Assembly: GCA_963793265.1 (NCBI GenBank)
Contig: CAWBZI010000001.1
Coordinates: forward strand, 320,001-384,000
DNA: 64,000 nt
Source: an uncultured cyanobacterium
GTDB lineage: Bacteria; Cyanobacteriota; Cyanobacteriia; Phormidesmidales; Phormidesmidaceae
Reading direction: 5' to 3'
Part shown: piece by piece, positions 1 through 10,011 of the stretch
How positions within the stretch are numbered: the first letter of the stretch is position 1
Layout of the letters: every line of letters starts with the position of its first letter
Translations under genes and position numbers: made by a program
The notes under the pieces: model-generated
Database searches by the model: none
What the model was told of the DNA's origin: nothing
What the model saw: the letters and a program-made list of their open reading frames with translations, nothing else

Positions 1-356
1 TTTATCCAAAGTCGAAGTTTTATACGAAGTGTGGAACAAGCAATATTATTCGCTACGATTTGCTATCGCCCTTACTTGAGACTTCTGTGGATAAAGTCAG
101 TATTAAGAACGACTTGATGTACATGCGTCATAAGCTTCAGCGCGGTTATTTTGCTGAGACAGGCAGTCCGATTTCACCTCTTCCCTTTCCAGGTGCTATT
201 TATATCACAGAGCACGGCGATAATAATTTTCTTGAGTATTTTTCAAACAAACAAAAGACCTTATCAGACTATGGGAGGCTGTATGGCGGAAAGCTACGAA
301 AACGACTAATGGCTAAACCAGTTACAAAAGAAATACGCGATGAATTTGGACTGTAG
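1..356 (+). CDS. 3' end of a probable glycosyltransferase-cluster protein (partial, begins before the window)
   Basis: The frame of ORF 60..356 is open back to position 3 (YPKSKFYTKCGTSNIIRYDLLSP...). It lies directly upstream of GT4 and acyltransferase genes. Confidence 0.5.
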   Translation, partial: YPKSKFYTKCGTSNIIRYDLLSPLLETSVDKVSIKNDLMYMRHKLQRGYFAETGSPISPLPFPGAIYITEHGDNNFLEYFSNKQKTLSDYGRLYGGKLRKRLMAKPVTKEIRDEFGL

Positions 357-436
357 GGATGCTGAGTAAAGGCTAAACCGCTTTAGAATTTCACAGATTT
401 GCGAAGTATCTTCTATTAGATTTTAGAGATAGTGCG

Positions 437-1567
437 ATGAAAAAAGCCGATGTTATTATCGTTCATGAGTTTAACGGGCCAAAATATTTTGAGGCCATAT
501 CTTCACTGTATAGCGAAAGGAAAATCGAGGCTTTAACCTTTAAAGAATCTAGCGTTCTAAAGCAGTTGGTTCGTAATGTTTTTCGAGATAAGAAAAGTAT
601 CAGCAGTTCGGTAAGGCGAGCTTTTGAAAACTTTCTTCTCAGGTTAAAGGTACCGTTGTTTAAAGGCAAAACGGTTATACTTGCCATACCTCCTTGGGAC
701 TTCCGTATGCTCTGGTACGGCCAGTTGGCTAAGCATAATCGGCTTATCTATCATACATCCTGGCCCAATTGGCAGATAGATGCCGTTCCGCGCCGATATG
801 TTTTTTTAAATCATATTCTCAGGTGGCACTGGTATCGTGTATTGCAATTAGAGTCTGTTCAAATAGTCGCGGTTGCCTCTAAGGCTGCTGAGCATTTACA
901 CCAGCAGTTTATAGAAACTCGTATTGATGTTATTCCTCACGTCGTAAGTTCTGAGTTTGATCGGGTTGCAGCTACCCAGTCGAAGACATCTTTTGGGATT
1001 CTATTCGTTGGCGAGCTAATTGAGAAGAAAGGAGTGGGTTTATTACCCAAGCTCATTGAAAAGCTCGCCGATCAATCGTTTCGCTTTGGTATTGTTGGAG
1101 AGGGCTCTTTGAAGTCGTCTTTTGATCGTTTTCAGGGTTTTCCGAACGTGACTATTTATGGGAAAGTCAGCGATCGCAAACAGCTTGCCGAAATCTACGC
1201 TAGCCACCATGTCTTATTAGTTCCTTCTCAAAAGACAAGCCGCTGGGAAGAACTATTTGGAATGGTCATTGTGGAAGCTATGTCAGCAGGGCTTCCTGTG
1301 ATTGCCTCCAAACATATTGGCCCAAGTTCAATCATCACAGACGAAAAGGATGGATTTTTAGTTGCCGAAAAGCAAATTGAGGAATTTATGGAGCGCATTT
1401 GCTACTTAAAAGATAATCCAGTTGCGTGGAAAGCAATGTCGGATAGTGCTTTGGTAACCGCTAAGCGCTACTCGTTGAAAACCGTTTCAGCAGAGTGGCT
1501 AGAACTACTGACCTCAACGAATTCGCCTAATTTAATAGATGTGAAAGATAAAAATAGTTCTGTTTAG
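437..1567 (+). CDS. Glycosyltransferase family 4
   Basis: GT-B motifs FVGELIEKKG and EELFGMVIVEAMSAGLPVIAS. Confidence 0.9.
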   Translation: MKKADVIIVHEFNGPKYFEAISSLYSERKIEALTFKESSVLKQLVRNVFRDKKSISSSVRRAFENFLLRLKVPLFKGKTVILAIPPWDFRMLWYGQLAKHNRLIYHTSWPNWQIDAVPRRYVFLNHILRWHWYRVLQLESVQIVAVASKAAEHLHQQFIETRIDVIPHVVSSEFDRVAATQSKTSFGILFVGELIEKKGVGLLPKLIEKLADQSFRFGIVGEGSLKSSFDRFQGFPNVTIYGKVSDRKQLAEIYASHHVLLVPSQKTSRWEELFGMVIVEAMSAGLPVIASKHIGPSSIITDEKDGFLVAEKQIEEFMERICYLKDNPVAWKAMSDSALVTAKRYSLKTVSAEWLELLTSTNSPNLIDVKDKNSSV

Positions 1568-1573
1568 CACATT

Positions 1574-2671
1574 ATGAATAAAAGACTAGAGCTATTAGAG
1601 TGCTTCAGAGGCATTGCAACTATTCTAATCGTCGGCTTTCACGCTACGGTCTTATTTGAGCTGAAGTTCAACCGGGTGTTTTTGCTATCAATCTTTGAGT
1701 TTGGAGATGCTGGGGTTGATTTCTTCTTCGTTCTTAGCGGTTTTTTCTTGGCTTTGGTCGGTCTGAAGTACACTGGCAGTAAAGACAGTAGAGATGTAAA
1801 AGGGTTTTTGCTGAGGCGATTTATACGCATCTATCCACTCTATTGGCTAATTAATCTTTTTCTAATTCCTATCTATTTCTTGGCACCTTCGTTTGGCAAA
1901 GGCTATGAAAGAAATATCGGAGCCATTGCCAAATCGCTACTGTTAATACCGCAGGCTCACTTCCCAATATTGACAGTTGCCTGGTTTTTAACACATCTGG
2001 TTTTTTTCTATCTAGTATTTAGTCTTTTAGTGCTAATGAAATCTCGACTGTCTATTGCTACTATCTCTATCTGGCTCGTTCTGTCTGTTGCTTTTTCAAT
2101 CTGTGATCTACTATCAGGATCTCAGCTCAGTCAAAATTCTCACTATTTAGTAAGTTTCTTTTTCAGCTACTATATTCTAGAATTCTTTGCAGGCTTTCTG
2201 GTAGGCGTCTTAGCGCTCAAAATAAAAATCAGCAATAAAATAGCCAAACTAATTTTGATGTCGGGCTTATGCTTATTTTTGGCTGCTGGCGGTATAGAGA
2301 CTTATATACTCCCTAACAGCGCTGAGATTGATACTGCCAGTTACTACAACCTCTTTACTTATGGCGTAGCTTCAGTTCTAATAGTTGGCGGCTCGGCTCT
2401 CTTAGAAAAAGACAGAGAAAAGGATAAAAAGGTTAACGTTCCCAACTTTTTTCTGTCGCTTGGTGCAGCTTCTTACACCATTTATTTAATTCACTACCCG
2501 CTTTTGTCACTGTTCACAAAAGTGGTACAGGCAACGCTTCGTTCAAACTTTGTTTTTCTTACAGCCTGTATGATTTTTGCCTGCTGCTTATCAATCGCTT
2601 TTGGATATGCTGTCCACATTTTTGTAGAGAAAAAGCTTATCTCTAGTCTAAGAAGCTATCTAAGTGTTTAG
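1574..2671 (+). CDS. Acyltransferase family 3 (OafA-like) membrane O-acyltransferase
   Basis: FRGIA..H, GVDFFFVLSGF, RRFIRIYP and SYTIYLIH motifs; many hydrophobic segments. Confidence 0.9.
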   Translation: MNKRLELLECFRGIATILIVGFHATVLFELKFNRVFLLSIFEFGDAGVDFFFVLSGFFLALVGLKYTGSKDSRDVKGFLLRRFIRIYPLYWLINLFLIPIYFLAPSFGKGYERNIGAIAKSLLLIPQAHFPILTVAWFLTHLVFFYLVFSLLVLMKSRLSIATISIWLVLSVAFSICDLLSGSQLSQNSHYLVSFFFSYYILEFFAGFLVGVLALKIKISNKIAKLILMSGLCLFLAAGGIETYILPNSAEIDTASYYNLFTYGVASVLIVGGSALLEKDREKDKKVNVPNFFLSLGAASYTIYLIHYPLLSLFTKVVQATLRSNFVFLTACMIFACCLSIAFGYAVHIFVEKKLISSLRSYLSV

Positions 2672-2687
2672 GAAAAGGTTGCTGATT

Positions 2688-3878
2688 GTGAAAATTCTGT
2701 TTTTAGATCAAAGCGGTAAATTGGGGGGTGCTGAACTATGTCTAGCGGATATTGCCAAACAGACAGAACATGTTAGGCTCGTCGGTGTCTTTGCTGATGG
2801 CACTTTTCCTGCTTACCTTCGGCAGCTAGATGTTCCTGTTAAAGTTCTGACGAACGAAGCTCTTCAAGTAAAAAAAACAAGCGGCTTACCAGCAGGTCTT
2901 AGAAGCCTGCGCCAGCTCACTCCTTTAGTTGTGAAAGTGACACAGCTTAGTAGATGCCATGATTTGATTTATGCTAATACTCAAAAGGCTTTAGTTGTTG
3001 GCGCGATCGCAGCATTTCTCAGCCGCCGTCCGTTTGTCTATCACCTGCATGATATCGTCTCTCCCGAACACTTCAGCGCCGCTAATTGCCGAATTATCGT
3101 TGCATTAGCAAACCGAGCTGCGCTCATTATCGCCAACTCTCAAGCCAGCCGAGATGCCTTTGTCTTAGCAGGTGGAAAGGTTGATAAGCTTCACGTTGTT
3201 TACAACGGCTTTGACCCAGATATTTATACCCGCTGCGCCGATACTAAAAGACAATATGAAAGAAGAGCACTTCGAGCAGAACTAATTTCTTCCGATAGCC
3301 TCCGAGAAAATAAAAAGACGCCGTTTATAGTTGGGCACTTTAGCCGCCTTTCTCCTTGGAAGGGACAACATGTATTGATAGAAGCGCTGCAATACTGCCC
3401 AGATAATGTGGTTGTCCTGTTAGCAGGCGACGCCTTGTTTGGAGAGCAAGATTACGTTCAACAGCTTCAGCAGCAAATTAAGACGCTCAATCTAGACCAT
3501 AGAGTTAAGTTCTTAGGATTTCGATCTGATGTGCCCCGTTTGATAGCGGCTTGTGACTTAGCAGCCCATACGTCTACAGCCCCTGAACCTTTTGGTCGCG
3601 TTATTGTTGAAGCCATGTTGTGTGGCTGTCCAGTCGTTGCCGCAGCAGCAGGTGGGGCAACGGAAATCGTAGAGCATAGTAAGACAGGATGGCTTGTCCC
3701 ACCAGGGGACGCGGCTAAGCTTGCGGATGTTATTAGGCTTGCCCATGATCAGCCTGTTCAGGCTAAGGCGATCGCTCAGCGAGGTCGCAAACAGGCGCAG
3801 CAGCAGTTTAACTTGACAGTGGTTAATGCTCAAATCAATCGACTGTTGAAAGAGACTATGCAATCGGTCTTTCTGTAG
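2688..3878 (+). CDS. Glycosyltransferase family 4
   Basis: KILFLDQSGKLGGAE N-terminus, SRLSPWKGQ, PEPFGRVIVEAM; GTG at 2688 is the likely start. Confidence 0.9.
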   Translation: MKILFLDQSGKLGGAELCLADIAKQTEHVRLVGVFADGTFPAYLRQLDVPVKVLTNEALQVKKTSGLPAGLRSLRQLTPLVVKVTQLSRCHDLIYANTQKALVVGAIAAFLSRRPFVYHLHDIVSPEHFSAANCRIIVALANRAALIIANSQASRDAFVLAGGKVDKLHVVYNGFDPDIYTRCADTKRQYERRALRAELISSDSLRENKKTPFIVGHFSRLSPWKGQHVLIEALQYCPDNVVVLLAGDALFGEQDYVQQLQQQIKTLNLDHRVKFLGFRSDVPRLIAACDLAAHTSTAPEPFGRVIVEAMLCGCPVVAAAAGGATEIVEHSKTGWLVPPGDAAKLADVIRLAHDQPVQAKAIAQRGRKQAQQQFNLTVVNAQINRLLKETMQSVFL

Positions 3879-3922
3879 ACGCGCGATGTCGCATAAGGCG
3901 CTATCTTCTGATGACTTGCTGA

Positions 3923-5131
3923 GTGAATACGCTCAGCGAGGCTTGCTGTGGAGTAGTGTTTGTGTCTTTTGTGTTTTCTTTTGTACCTTCTACAGAGCGA
4001 TCGCGTTTTTCGTATGCCGTCGGGCTCGCAGCACTTTTTCTCATGAGTTGGAGTGGTGCGATCACCAATGCACAGCCAGCCGTAAATCCATCGACAGGCG
4101 AACCCGCTAGCAGTTCAGCGCCTTCACCCACTGCCCCTTTAACAATAGGCGTCGGCCATGCGCCCCCTTTTGCCATCGAAACGCAAACCGACAGTGGCAG
4201 CGACTGGGACGGCATCGGTGTGCACCTGTGGCGAGAAATTGCCGAAGATTTGAATATTCAGTATGAATGGCAGAAAATCTCTCCTGCTGACGCTGTACAG
4301 CAGGTACAAAACGGCACTGTCGATATTGCTATCACCGCTAGCGCCACTGCCGAGGCCGAGCAGCAGGTTGACTTTACGCAAAGCTACTACAGCACATCGC
4401 TAGGGATAGCCCAGCTTCGTCGGCGTCGGTTAATAGACATCGTACTGGCTGTTTTGTCGCCGCGATTTCTCTGGATCTGCTTTTGGCTATCCATCTTACT
4501 TCTCATTGTAGGTCTAATTGTTTGGCTGTTCGAGCGCAATAACAACAAAGACATGTTTAATCCCAAGCCAGCAAAAGGACTATGGAACAGCTTTTGGTGG
4601 GCGGGGGTAACGCTTACTACAATCGGTTACGGGGATATTGCTCCAATTTCAGTTGGCGGGCGGGCGATCGCACTGCTTTGGATGCTCGTGTCGATGGGTA
4701 TTACAGCGAGCCTAACAGCCAGCATTACGTCTGTTGTAACCCAGGATAGCAGCGGTAAGCTTACCGACTTTGCCAGTCTTAAAGAGATAACGGTAGGTAG
4801 TATAGAGGGTTCTGATGCGGCAGATGAGCTACAGCAACAGGACATTTCTTTTGAGACGGTGCCGACACCGATGGAAGGATTGCAGGCTGTAGATGAGGGT
4901 CAGTTAGATGCTTTTGTCTATGATGCTGCACAGCTACAGTATTTGAACAAAAATGAGCTGAAGAATAAATTAGCGATTGAAACAACAGATCTTGACGCGC
5001 GTCGCTATGTGTTTGCGCTGCCTGAGAATGCTGATAGCTTTGAGGCGATTAATGCTCAGCTTTTGAGAGAGCAAGATGGCGCTGATTGGCAGAGTTTGCT
5101 TGATCGTTTTTTGCCTAAGTCTGACCAGTAA
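3923..5131 (+). CDS. GluR0-like ligand-gated K+ channel (split solute-binding domain with inserted pore)
   Basis: SBP family 3 halves (APPF..DGIGVHLWREIA; AFVYDAAQLQY) flank TM-pore-TM with WWAGVTLTTIGYGD K+ filter; start uncertain. Confidence 0.85.
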   Translation: MNTLSEACCGVVFVSFVFSFVPSTERSRFSYAVGLAALFLMSWSGAITNAQPAVNPSTGEPASSSAPSPTAPLTIGVGHAPPFAIETQTDSGSDWDGIGVHLWREIAEDLNIQYEWQKISPADAVQQVQNGTVDIAITASATAEAEQQVDFTQSYYSTSLGIAQLRRRRLIDIVLAVLSPRFLWICFWLSILLLIVGLIVWLFERNNNKDMFNPKPAKGLWNSFWWAGVTLTTIGYGDIAPISVGGRAIALLWMLVSMGITASLTASITSVVTQDSSGKLTDFASLKEITVGSIEGSDAADELQQQDISFETVPTPMEGLQAVDEGQLDAFVYDAAQLQYLNKNELKNKLAIETTDLDARRYVFALPENADSFEAINAQLLREQDGADWQSLLDRFLPKSDQ

Positions 5132-5138
5132 AGCCAAC

Positions 5139-5170
5139 AAAAAGGAGGGCTCTAGAACTAGAACCCTCCT
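5139..5170. terminator. Intrinsic terminator between convergent genes
   Basis: AGGAGGG.TCTAG / CTAGA.CCCTCCT stem preceded by an A-run. Confidence 0.55.
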
Positions 5171-5209
5171 CCTATAAAAGCCTTGTGCTGCTCAAACTTA
5201 GCCTTTAAC

Positions 5210-5761
5210 TTAGCGAATAACTTCGCTCTCTACTTCAATGACGGTAGGTGCATCAGGCGCGGTCGTTTGCTTGGTAGCAGGTGGCTGAGTGGTGACGTAG
5301 CGATCGCGAACGCCGCTAAACTTATCCTTAAGATCGCTATACTGCTGACCGTAGCGATTATTCAGCACGTCATCTAGCTTAATCGCCTGAGTTTTGAGCT
5401 GAGGAAATAGCTTTTCTTTAGTAGCGACTGCCATCACGCGAACAAAGCGAATGAGCCGGTCGGTGCGGTCTTGAGTATCTGCTTCTTGCTGCCAGGCTTC
5501 ATTGACTGTCTTAGAAGCCTGCTGACTTTTCTCTTTAACAGTAGCCACTGTCTCAGCAGTCACTTCTTTAGCAAGCGGGCTAATCACAGTGCGCCCTGCT
5601 TTGAATTCGGCAGCGGTTTCAGCAAAAGCTGTACGCAAAATCTTAGCAATCCGCTTGGCTCGCTGCGTGCCCTCTTGCTTGAGGGTCTTTGCTTTCTCTG
5701 CGGTAGACGGCGCTTGATCGGCAGATGTGTTGGAGAACTCGGAAGGTGTCATGTATGTCAT
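5210..5761 (-). CDS. Hypothetical protein (helical, cyanobacterial type)
   Basis: 183-aa ORF with ATG start, co-oriented downstream of the DUF1232 gene. Confidence 0.7.
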   Translation of the reverse strand: MTYMTPSEFSNTSADQAPSTAEKAKTLKQEGTQRAKRIAKILRTAFAETAAEFKAGRTVISPLAKEVTAETVATVKEKSQQASKTVNEAWQQEADTQDRTDRLIRFVRVMAVATKEKLFPQLKTQAIKLDDVLNNRYGQQYSDLKDKFSGVRDRYVTTQPPATKQTTAPDAPTVIEVESEVIR

Positions 5762-5831
5762 GGGTTTTACTTGTTTTTGAAGTGTATAAGACTAGGGAAA
5801 GTTTTGAAAGGCAGAGTTTTGAAAGGCTAGG

Positions 5832-6140
5832 TTAGCCGACAGAGACGGCATCGACGGTGATAGTTTTACCAGCATCGAAGTCTGCATCAAGCTCTTTTTC
5901 GGTGTTGGGCTGTCGCTTGCGCTTGAGCTGCTCTGTCATGAGCTGACTAACTTCTGTAACCAGTAAGCCGACAACAACCCCATCATCTATCCAACCTAAT
6001 ACTGGGAAAACATCTGGAGAAATGTCTAGCGGGCTGACGAGATACAACAGGGTTCCGAAGATAACAAGCCAGCGATATTTGGAGTGCTTGAGGGCTTTGC
6101 GATATAGGTTATGGAGAACAGTTGAGAAGGGTTGTTTCAT
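5832..6140 (-). CDS. YkvA/DUF1232 family membrane protein
   Basis: LLYLVSPLDISPDVFPVLGWIDDG motif; ATG at 6140 is the likely start. Confidence 0.85.
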   Translation of the reverse strand: MKQPFSTVLHNLYRKALKHSKYRWLVIFGTLLYLVSPLDISPDVFPVLGWIDDGVVVGLLVTEVSQLMTEQLKRKRQPNTEKELDADFDAGKTITVDAVSVG

Positions 6141-6307
6141 TTTGTTTTGGCCGCTTGCTTGGCCGGAGTGCTTTGTGCCAACAAATATATAATCGCAAAT
6201 ATACGCGCTGCCGTCAGGTGTAGATTGCACACCGAACAACAGAGAGTACGGTCGATTGAAACTATACGGTTTGCCGTAAAGAAGAGACGGTTTACCGTAA
6301 AAGGTTT

Positions 6308-6835
6308 TTACAAAGTGCGTTCAGAAAGGAGAGAAGTGAGATGAACTAGCTCTGGAATGATGAGGGCTTCTAGGGCTAGTTTTACGGCTTTACTAGAGCC
6401 GGGGACTGAGAAAATAAGTGTGTTGTTATGAGTGCCTGCGATCGCTCTTGAGGCGATCGCTCTCGATCCTATTTCTGCGTAGCTAAGGTGTCTGAAAATT
6501 TCACCGAAGCCGGGGAGTTCTTTAGTAATGAGGGGAGCGATCGCATCATAGGTCGTATCTCGCGGCGCAATTCCCGTGCCGCCATTGAGCAAAATGGCTT
6601 GGATCTCAGCGCGCGCTGCTAAGCCTTTCACCAAAACCGCTATTTCCTCCGGCTCATCCTTAACAATTTCGTAGTGAGCTATCTCGTGCCCAAACGCAGC
6701 CAGCCTATCTTTCATAAGCTGACCGCTTTTATCCGTTTCAGGCGTACGGGTGTCGCTGACTGTCAGCACCGCGCACATAACCGACGCTGAACCATCGTCG
6801 GGATGAGGAACCTGCGCTGAGGCATGAGGTGCCAT
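6308..6835 (-). CDS. moaB: MogA/MoaB family molybdenum cofactor biosynthesis protein
   Basis: VLTVSDTRT..TDKSG, GGTGIAPRDTT, PGFGEIFR, SRA, PGS motifs. Confidence 0.9.
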   Translation of the reverse strand: MAPHASAQVPHPDDGSASVMCAVLTVSDTRTPETDKSGQLMKDRLAAFGHEIAHYEIVKDEPEEIAVLVKGLAARAEIQAILLNGGTGIAPRDTTYDAIAPLITKELPGFGEIFRHLSYAEIGSRAIASRAIAGTHNNTLIFSVPGSSKAVKLALEALIIPELVHLTSLLSERTL

Positions 6836-6838
6836 GGC

Positions 6839-7171
6839 CTAAGTCTTTGTCAGGCCCATATCATTGTCTCTAGCGTAGCGATCCATAAATCGCATAAAGC
6901 GCTCCCATTCTTCTTCACCACGCATTACAAAAACGGCTTCAACACCAGCAGGCTCACCGTTTACAAACTTGCCGTTCACATCGCGAGTGGTCAGTTCGCC
7001 TTCTTCATCGACCATGTAGAGGCCCGTGATTTCGCCGCCTTCTTCTACTAGGGCTTTGGGGCGATCAAAGTAAAAGGTGGCGGTGCCATCGGACAAATCC
7101 TTAGCGCGGGTGATGCGGATATCGGGGATGACCTCCTCTTTTACACCGCGAGCAAACTGCATTTCAGCCAT
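6839..7171 (-). CDS. psb28: Photosystem II assembly factor Psb28
   Basis: QFARGVKEEVIPDIRITR, ITGLYMVDEEGE, WERFMRFMDRYA. Confidence 0.95.
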   Translation of the reverse strand: MAEMQFARGVKEEVIPDIRITRAKDLSDGTATFYFDRPKALVEEGGEITGLYMVDEEGELTTRDVNGKFVNGEPAGVEAVFVMRGEEEWERFMRFMDRYARDNDMGLTKT

Positions 7172-7227
7172 GATGAATCTTGTCGTTACGTAGAGTTGGT
7201 TGCTTTAGTTTCTCATTTTATTGAACT

Positions 7228-9396
7228 TTATTGAACGCCCAGTTCAGGAAAACTTGGCTGAGACTTGGCCGAGACTTGGGCTGAGACTTGATAGGGCGAC
7301 GATAAAGCAGGCATTTTGTCGTCTACAACTAGAGCCTGGTAAACCATTGCACACACCTCTGCTCGGGTGGCCGCACGGCTAGGTCTAAGTTCTGTTACGT
7401 CAGGGTGATTGAAGACGAGGCCGAGCTGAGTGGCAGCAGCGATCGCACCTTTTGCATAGTTAGGAATATCGCCGCTGTCTGTGTAGGTTTGGAGCGATCG
7501 CACATCAGGCAGCGATTTTGCCTGCAAGTTCAGCCCGCTCACCAGCGCTAGCAATGCCTGTAGCTTAGTCAGCGGATAGTTAGGATCAAACGTAAGATCT
7601 GGAAACCCTGAGATGAACTGAGCCCGGTAGGCTTGCTGAATCACGGCAGCGCCCCAAAAGCTATCGGGCACATCGCGAAAGCGGAGGGCTGGGCGCTGCG
7701 GGTCTGGGTCGAAGGCACCGACGAGGAGGGCGGCGAACTGGGCGCGAGTCATGGGCGCGTCGGGTTGAAAGGAGCCATCGCGAAAGCCGCTGAGCCAGCC
7801 TTTTTGCACAAGCGGATCGATGAAGTCTTTGGCCCAGTGGTCGGTGGGAAGATCGGTGAAGTTGGGTGAGGCTGAATCGGATTGGGCGATGAAGGGAGAG
7901 GCGATGCGAGGGGTTTTGCCTGCGGCGGCGAGGGCTTGGTGGACGAGGGCACTGGTTTCAGCGCGGGTGATGGGGATGAGGGGGCGCAGTTGATAGGGAT
8001 CAGGGTAGCCGACGACCATCTGGCGCTGGGTGGCGGCGGCAACGGGCTCGATGGCGTAGCTGGGAATTTGGGCGCGATCGCCATACACCAAGAGCAGCTC
8101 CGAGCGGCCTGCACTCACCTTTAAACCATTCACGAGCGCGACGATAGCCTGCACTCGGGTGAGCGGCGCGTTAGGGCGAAAAGAGCCGTCTGGAAAACCC
8201 GTGATAAATCCTTGCGTCTGCGCCTTGCGAATAGCCTGAGCGGCCCAAAAGCTAGCGGGCACGTCTTGAAACCGGCTGATGGGCCGGGTGGCGGGAATGT
8301 CAGGGAAAGAGGCGGCAACAAGGGCGGCAAACTGGGCGCGGGTGACCTGACTATCGGGCCGAAAGGTGCCGTCTAAAAAGCCTTTAATGAGCTGCTTTTC
8401 GGCTAAGGCTTCTACAAATGGCGCTGACCAGTGGCCGACAAGATCGTTAAAGCGGCTGTCTAAATCGAGCCCGGACAGTGGATCTGAGTCATCTTTGGGC
8501 GGCGCAGGCGGCATCGGCACGGGCTCTACATTACCGAGCAGGACGGCAGGCACGGCGACTTCATCAGGAATCTCGCTAGCCAGGTACTCAATGCGGCCTT
8601 GAACGCGAATGGGATTAATCTGATTGCCTGCTGTCAGTAGCGGTCTGTCGGCGTCGTTACGAACGTCATAGGTTTTGCCCTCAAAGCGGTTGCTGCCGAT
8701 ATCTTGAGGCTGACCAATATCGGGTTGGGCGCGGTCTTTAATCCACAGCCCGGTTTCCTGGCTAGTAGTGGCCTGGTTGTTCCGCAAAACGGGCCTAGCA
8801 TCATTGGCAATCATGATGGCGCAGCGGTTGTCGGTGAGCTGATTGCCAATCACTAGCGGGGCGGCTCTATCTGAGAGTGAAATGCCGTAGCCTGTGCGCT
8901 CGAAGCGATTTTGACGGACTTCGCCTTTGGCCTGGGCGCTGATAGACACGCCTGTGATGCCGTTACCGATAAAGTCGTTTTTAGAGATGAAGGGCTGGGC
9001 TTTGCCCTGGGCGATCGCCCCATGCTGCTGACAGTTCACAAGCCGATTGCTGACGATAAGGGCCGCGCCCTGACTGGTGAGGATGCCGCTGCCCTGAGGG
9101 TTTGTGATAGTGACTTCGCGGATTTGAGCGCGATCGCCCAGCACAACCGCCGTATTTTGCTCACTTGTAACACCGCCGCCCTCAATCGTTACTGACTGGC
9201 TCGCTTCACCTGCGACAGTGACACCTGCTGGAATGACCAGGGGAAACTGCTCGCCTGTGCGGTAGGTGCCAGAGGCGAGCTGAACGCTGTCACCGGGCTG
9301 CGATCGCTGCAACCCACGGGTGATCGTTCTCAAAGGAAACTGAGCGGTGCCTGCCTGATCGTCTCGACCAGCAGGACTTACATAAACGACAGGCAT
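7228..9396 (-). CDS. DUF1565 beta-helix protein with C-terminal S-layer homology (SLH) repeats
   Basis: N-terminal YVSPAGRDD..GT..PLRTIT and beta-helix repeats; multiple GFxDGxFRP..TRAQFA SLH motifs. Confidence 0.85.
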   Translation of the reverse strand: MPVVYVSPAGRDDQAGTAQFPLRTITRGLQRSQPGDSVQLASGTYRTGEQFPLVIPAGVTVAGEASQSVTIEGGGVTSEQNTAVVLGDRAQIREVTITNPQGSGILTSQGAALIVSNRLVNCQQHGAIAQGKAQPFISKNDFIGNGITGVSISAQAKGEVRQNRFERTGYGISLSDRAAPLVIGNQLTDNRCAIMIANDARPVLRNNQATTSQETGLWIKDRAQPDIGQPQDIGSNRFEGKTYDVRNDADRPLLTAGNQINPIRVQGRIEYLASEIPDEVAVPAVLLGNVEPVPMPPAPPKDDSDPLSGLDLDSRFNDLVGHWSAPFVEALAEKQLIKGFLDGTFRPDSQVTRAQFAALVAASFPDIPATRPISRFQDVPASFWAAQAIRKAQTQGFITGFPDGSFRPNAPLTRVQAIVALVNGLKVSAGRSELLLVYGDRAQIPSYAIEPVAAATQRQMVVGYPDPYQLRPLIPITRAETSALVHQALAAAGKTPRIASPFIAQSDSASPNFTDLPTDHWAKDFIDPLVQKGWLSGFRDGSFQPDAPMTRAQFAALLVGAFDPDPQRPALRFRDVPDSFWGAAVIQQAYRAQFISGFPDLTFDPNYPLTKLQALLALVSGLNLQAKSLPDVRSLQTYTDSGDIPNYAKGAIAAATQLGLVFNHPDVTELRPSRAATRAEVCAMVYQALVVDDKMPALSSPYQVSAQVSAKSQPSFPELGVQ

Positions 9397-9542
9397 AGAG
9401 CACCGATAGCGACTTCATCTAAATAACCATAGGATCACTATGTAAATTCGTCATGTCTGAGGCGCGTATGGCGCAGCTAACCAATTTGAATGCGCTATAG
9501 CCGCTAGAATAAGCGCAGCCCCTACGTATCTAGTTCGTATCT

Positions 9543-10010
9543 ATGGCAGATTGGTTAGAACATACCGTCCATGTAGACGTGGATGCTCCAGTAGAAAAGG
9601 TTTGGCAGATGTGGTCTGACTTGGAGCAGATGCCGAAGTGGATGAAGTGGATTGACTCGGTCGAGATTTTGGCAGACGATCCAGATTTGTCGCGGTGGAA
9701 GCTGAATACAACCGGGCTCACCTTTTCGTGGCTGTCGCGAATTGCCAATATCGTGCCTGAGCAAATCATTCAGTGGGAGTCGGTAGACGGCCTGCCAAAT
9801 AAGGGCGCGATTCGCTTTTATGGTCGTAAAGATGGCACCAGTACGGTGAAGATGACGATTGCCTACGCGCTGCCTGCTATTTTAGCTCGGCTGATGATGA
9901 GTAATTCATTTGTTGATCGAGTGGTGACTTCAACGCTACAGGCTGATTTGGATCGGTTTAAAGAAATGGCGGAGCCTGCGGCTGACGTAGCGTCTGCTGG
10001 TAATCAGTAG
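9543..10010 (+). CDS. SRPBCC/polyketide cyclase family protein
   Basis: WLEHTVHVDVDAPVEKVW, WESVDGLPNKGAIRF. Confidence 0.85.
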   Translation: MADWLEHTVHVDVDAPVEKVWQMWSDLEQMPKWMKWIDSVEILADDPDLSRWKLNTTGLTFSWLSRIANIVPEQIIQWESVDGLPNKGAIRFYGRKDGTSTVKMTIAYALPAILARLMMSNSFVDRVVTSTLQADLDRFKEMAEPAADVASAGNQ

Positions 10011-10011
10011 T

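Noticed and set aside
7620..8350. GC-rich patch with several overlapping ORFs inside the SLH gene
   Set aside because: The main frame is continuous; the extra ORFs are shadow frames of GC-rich codons
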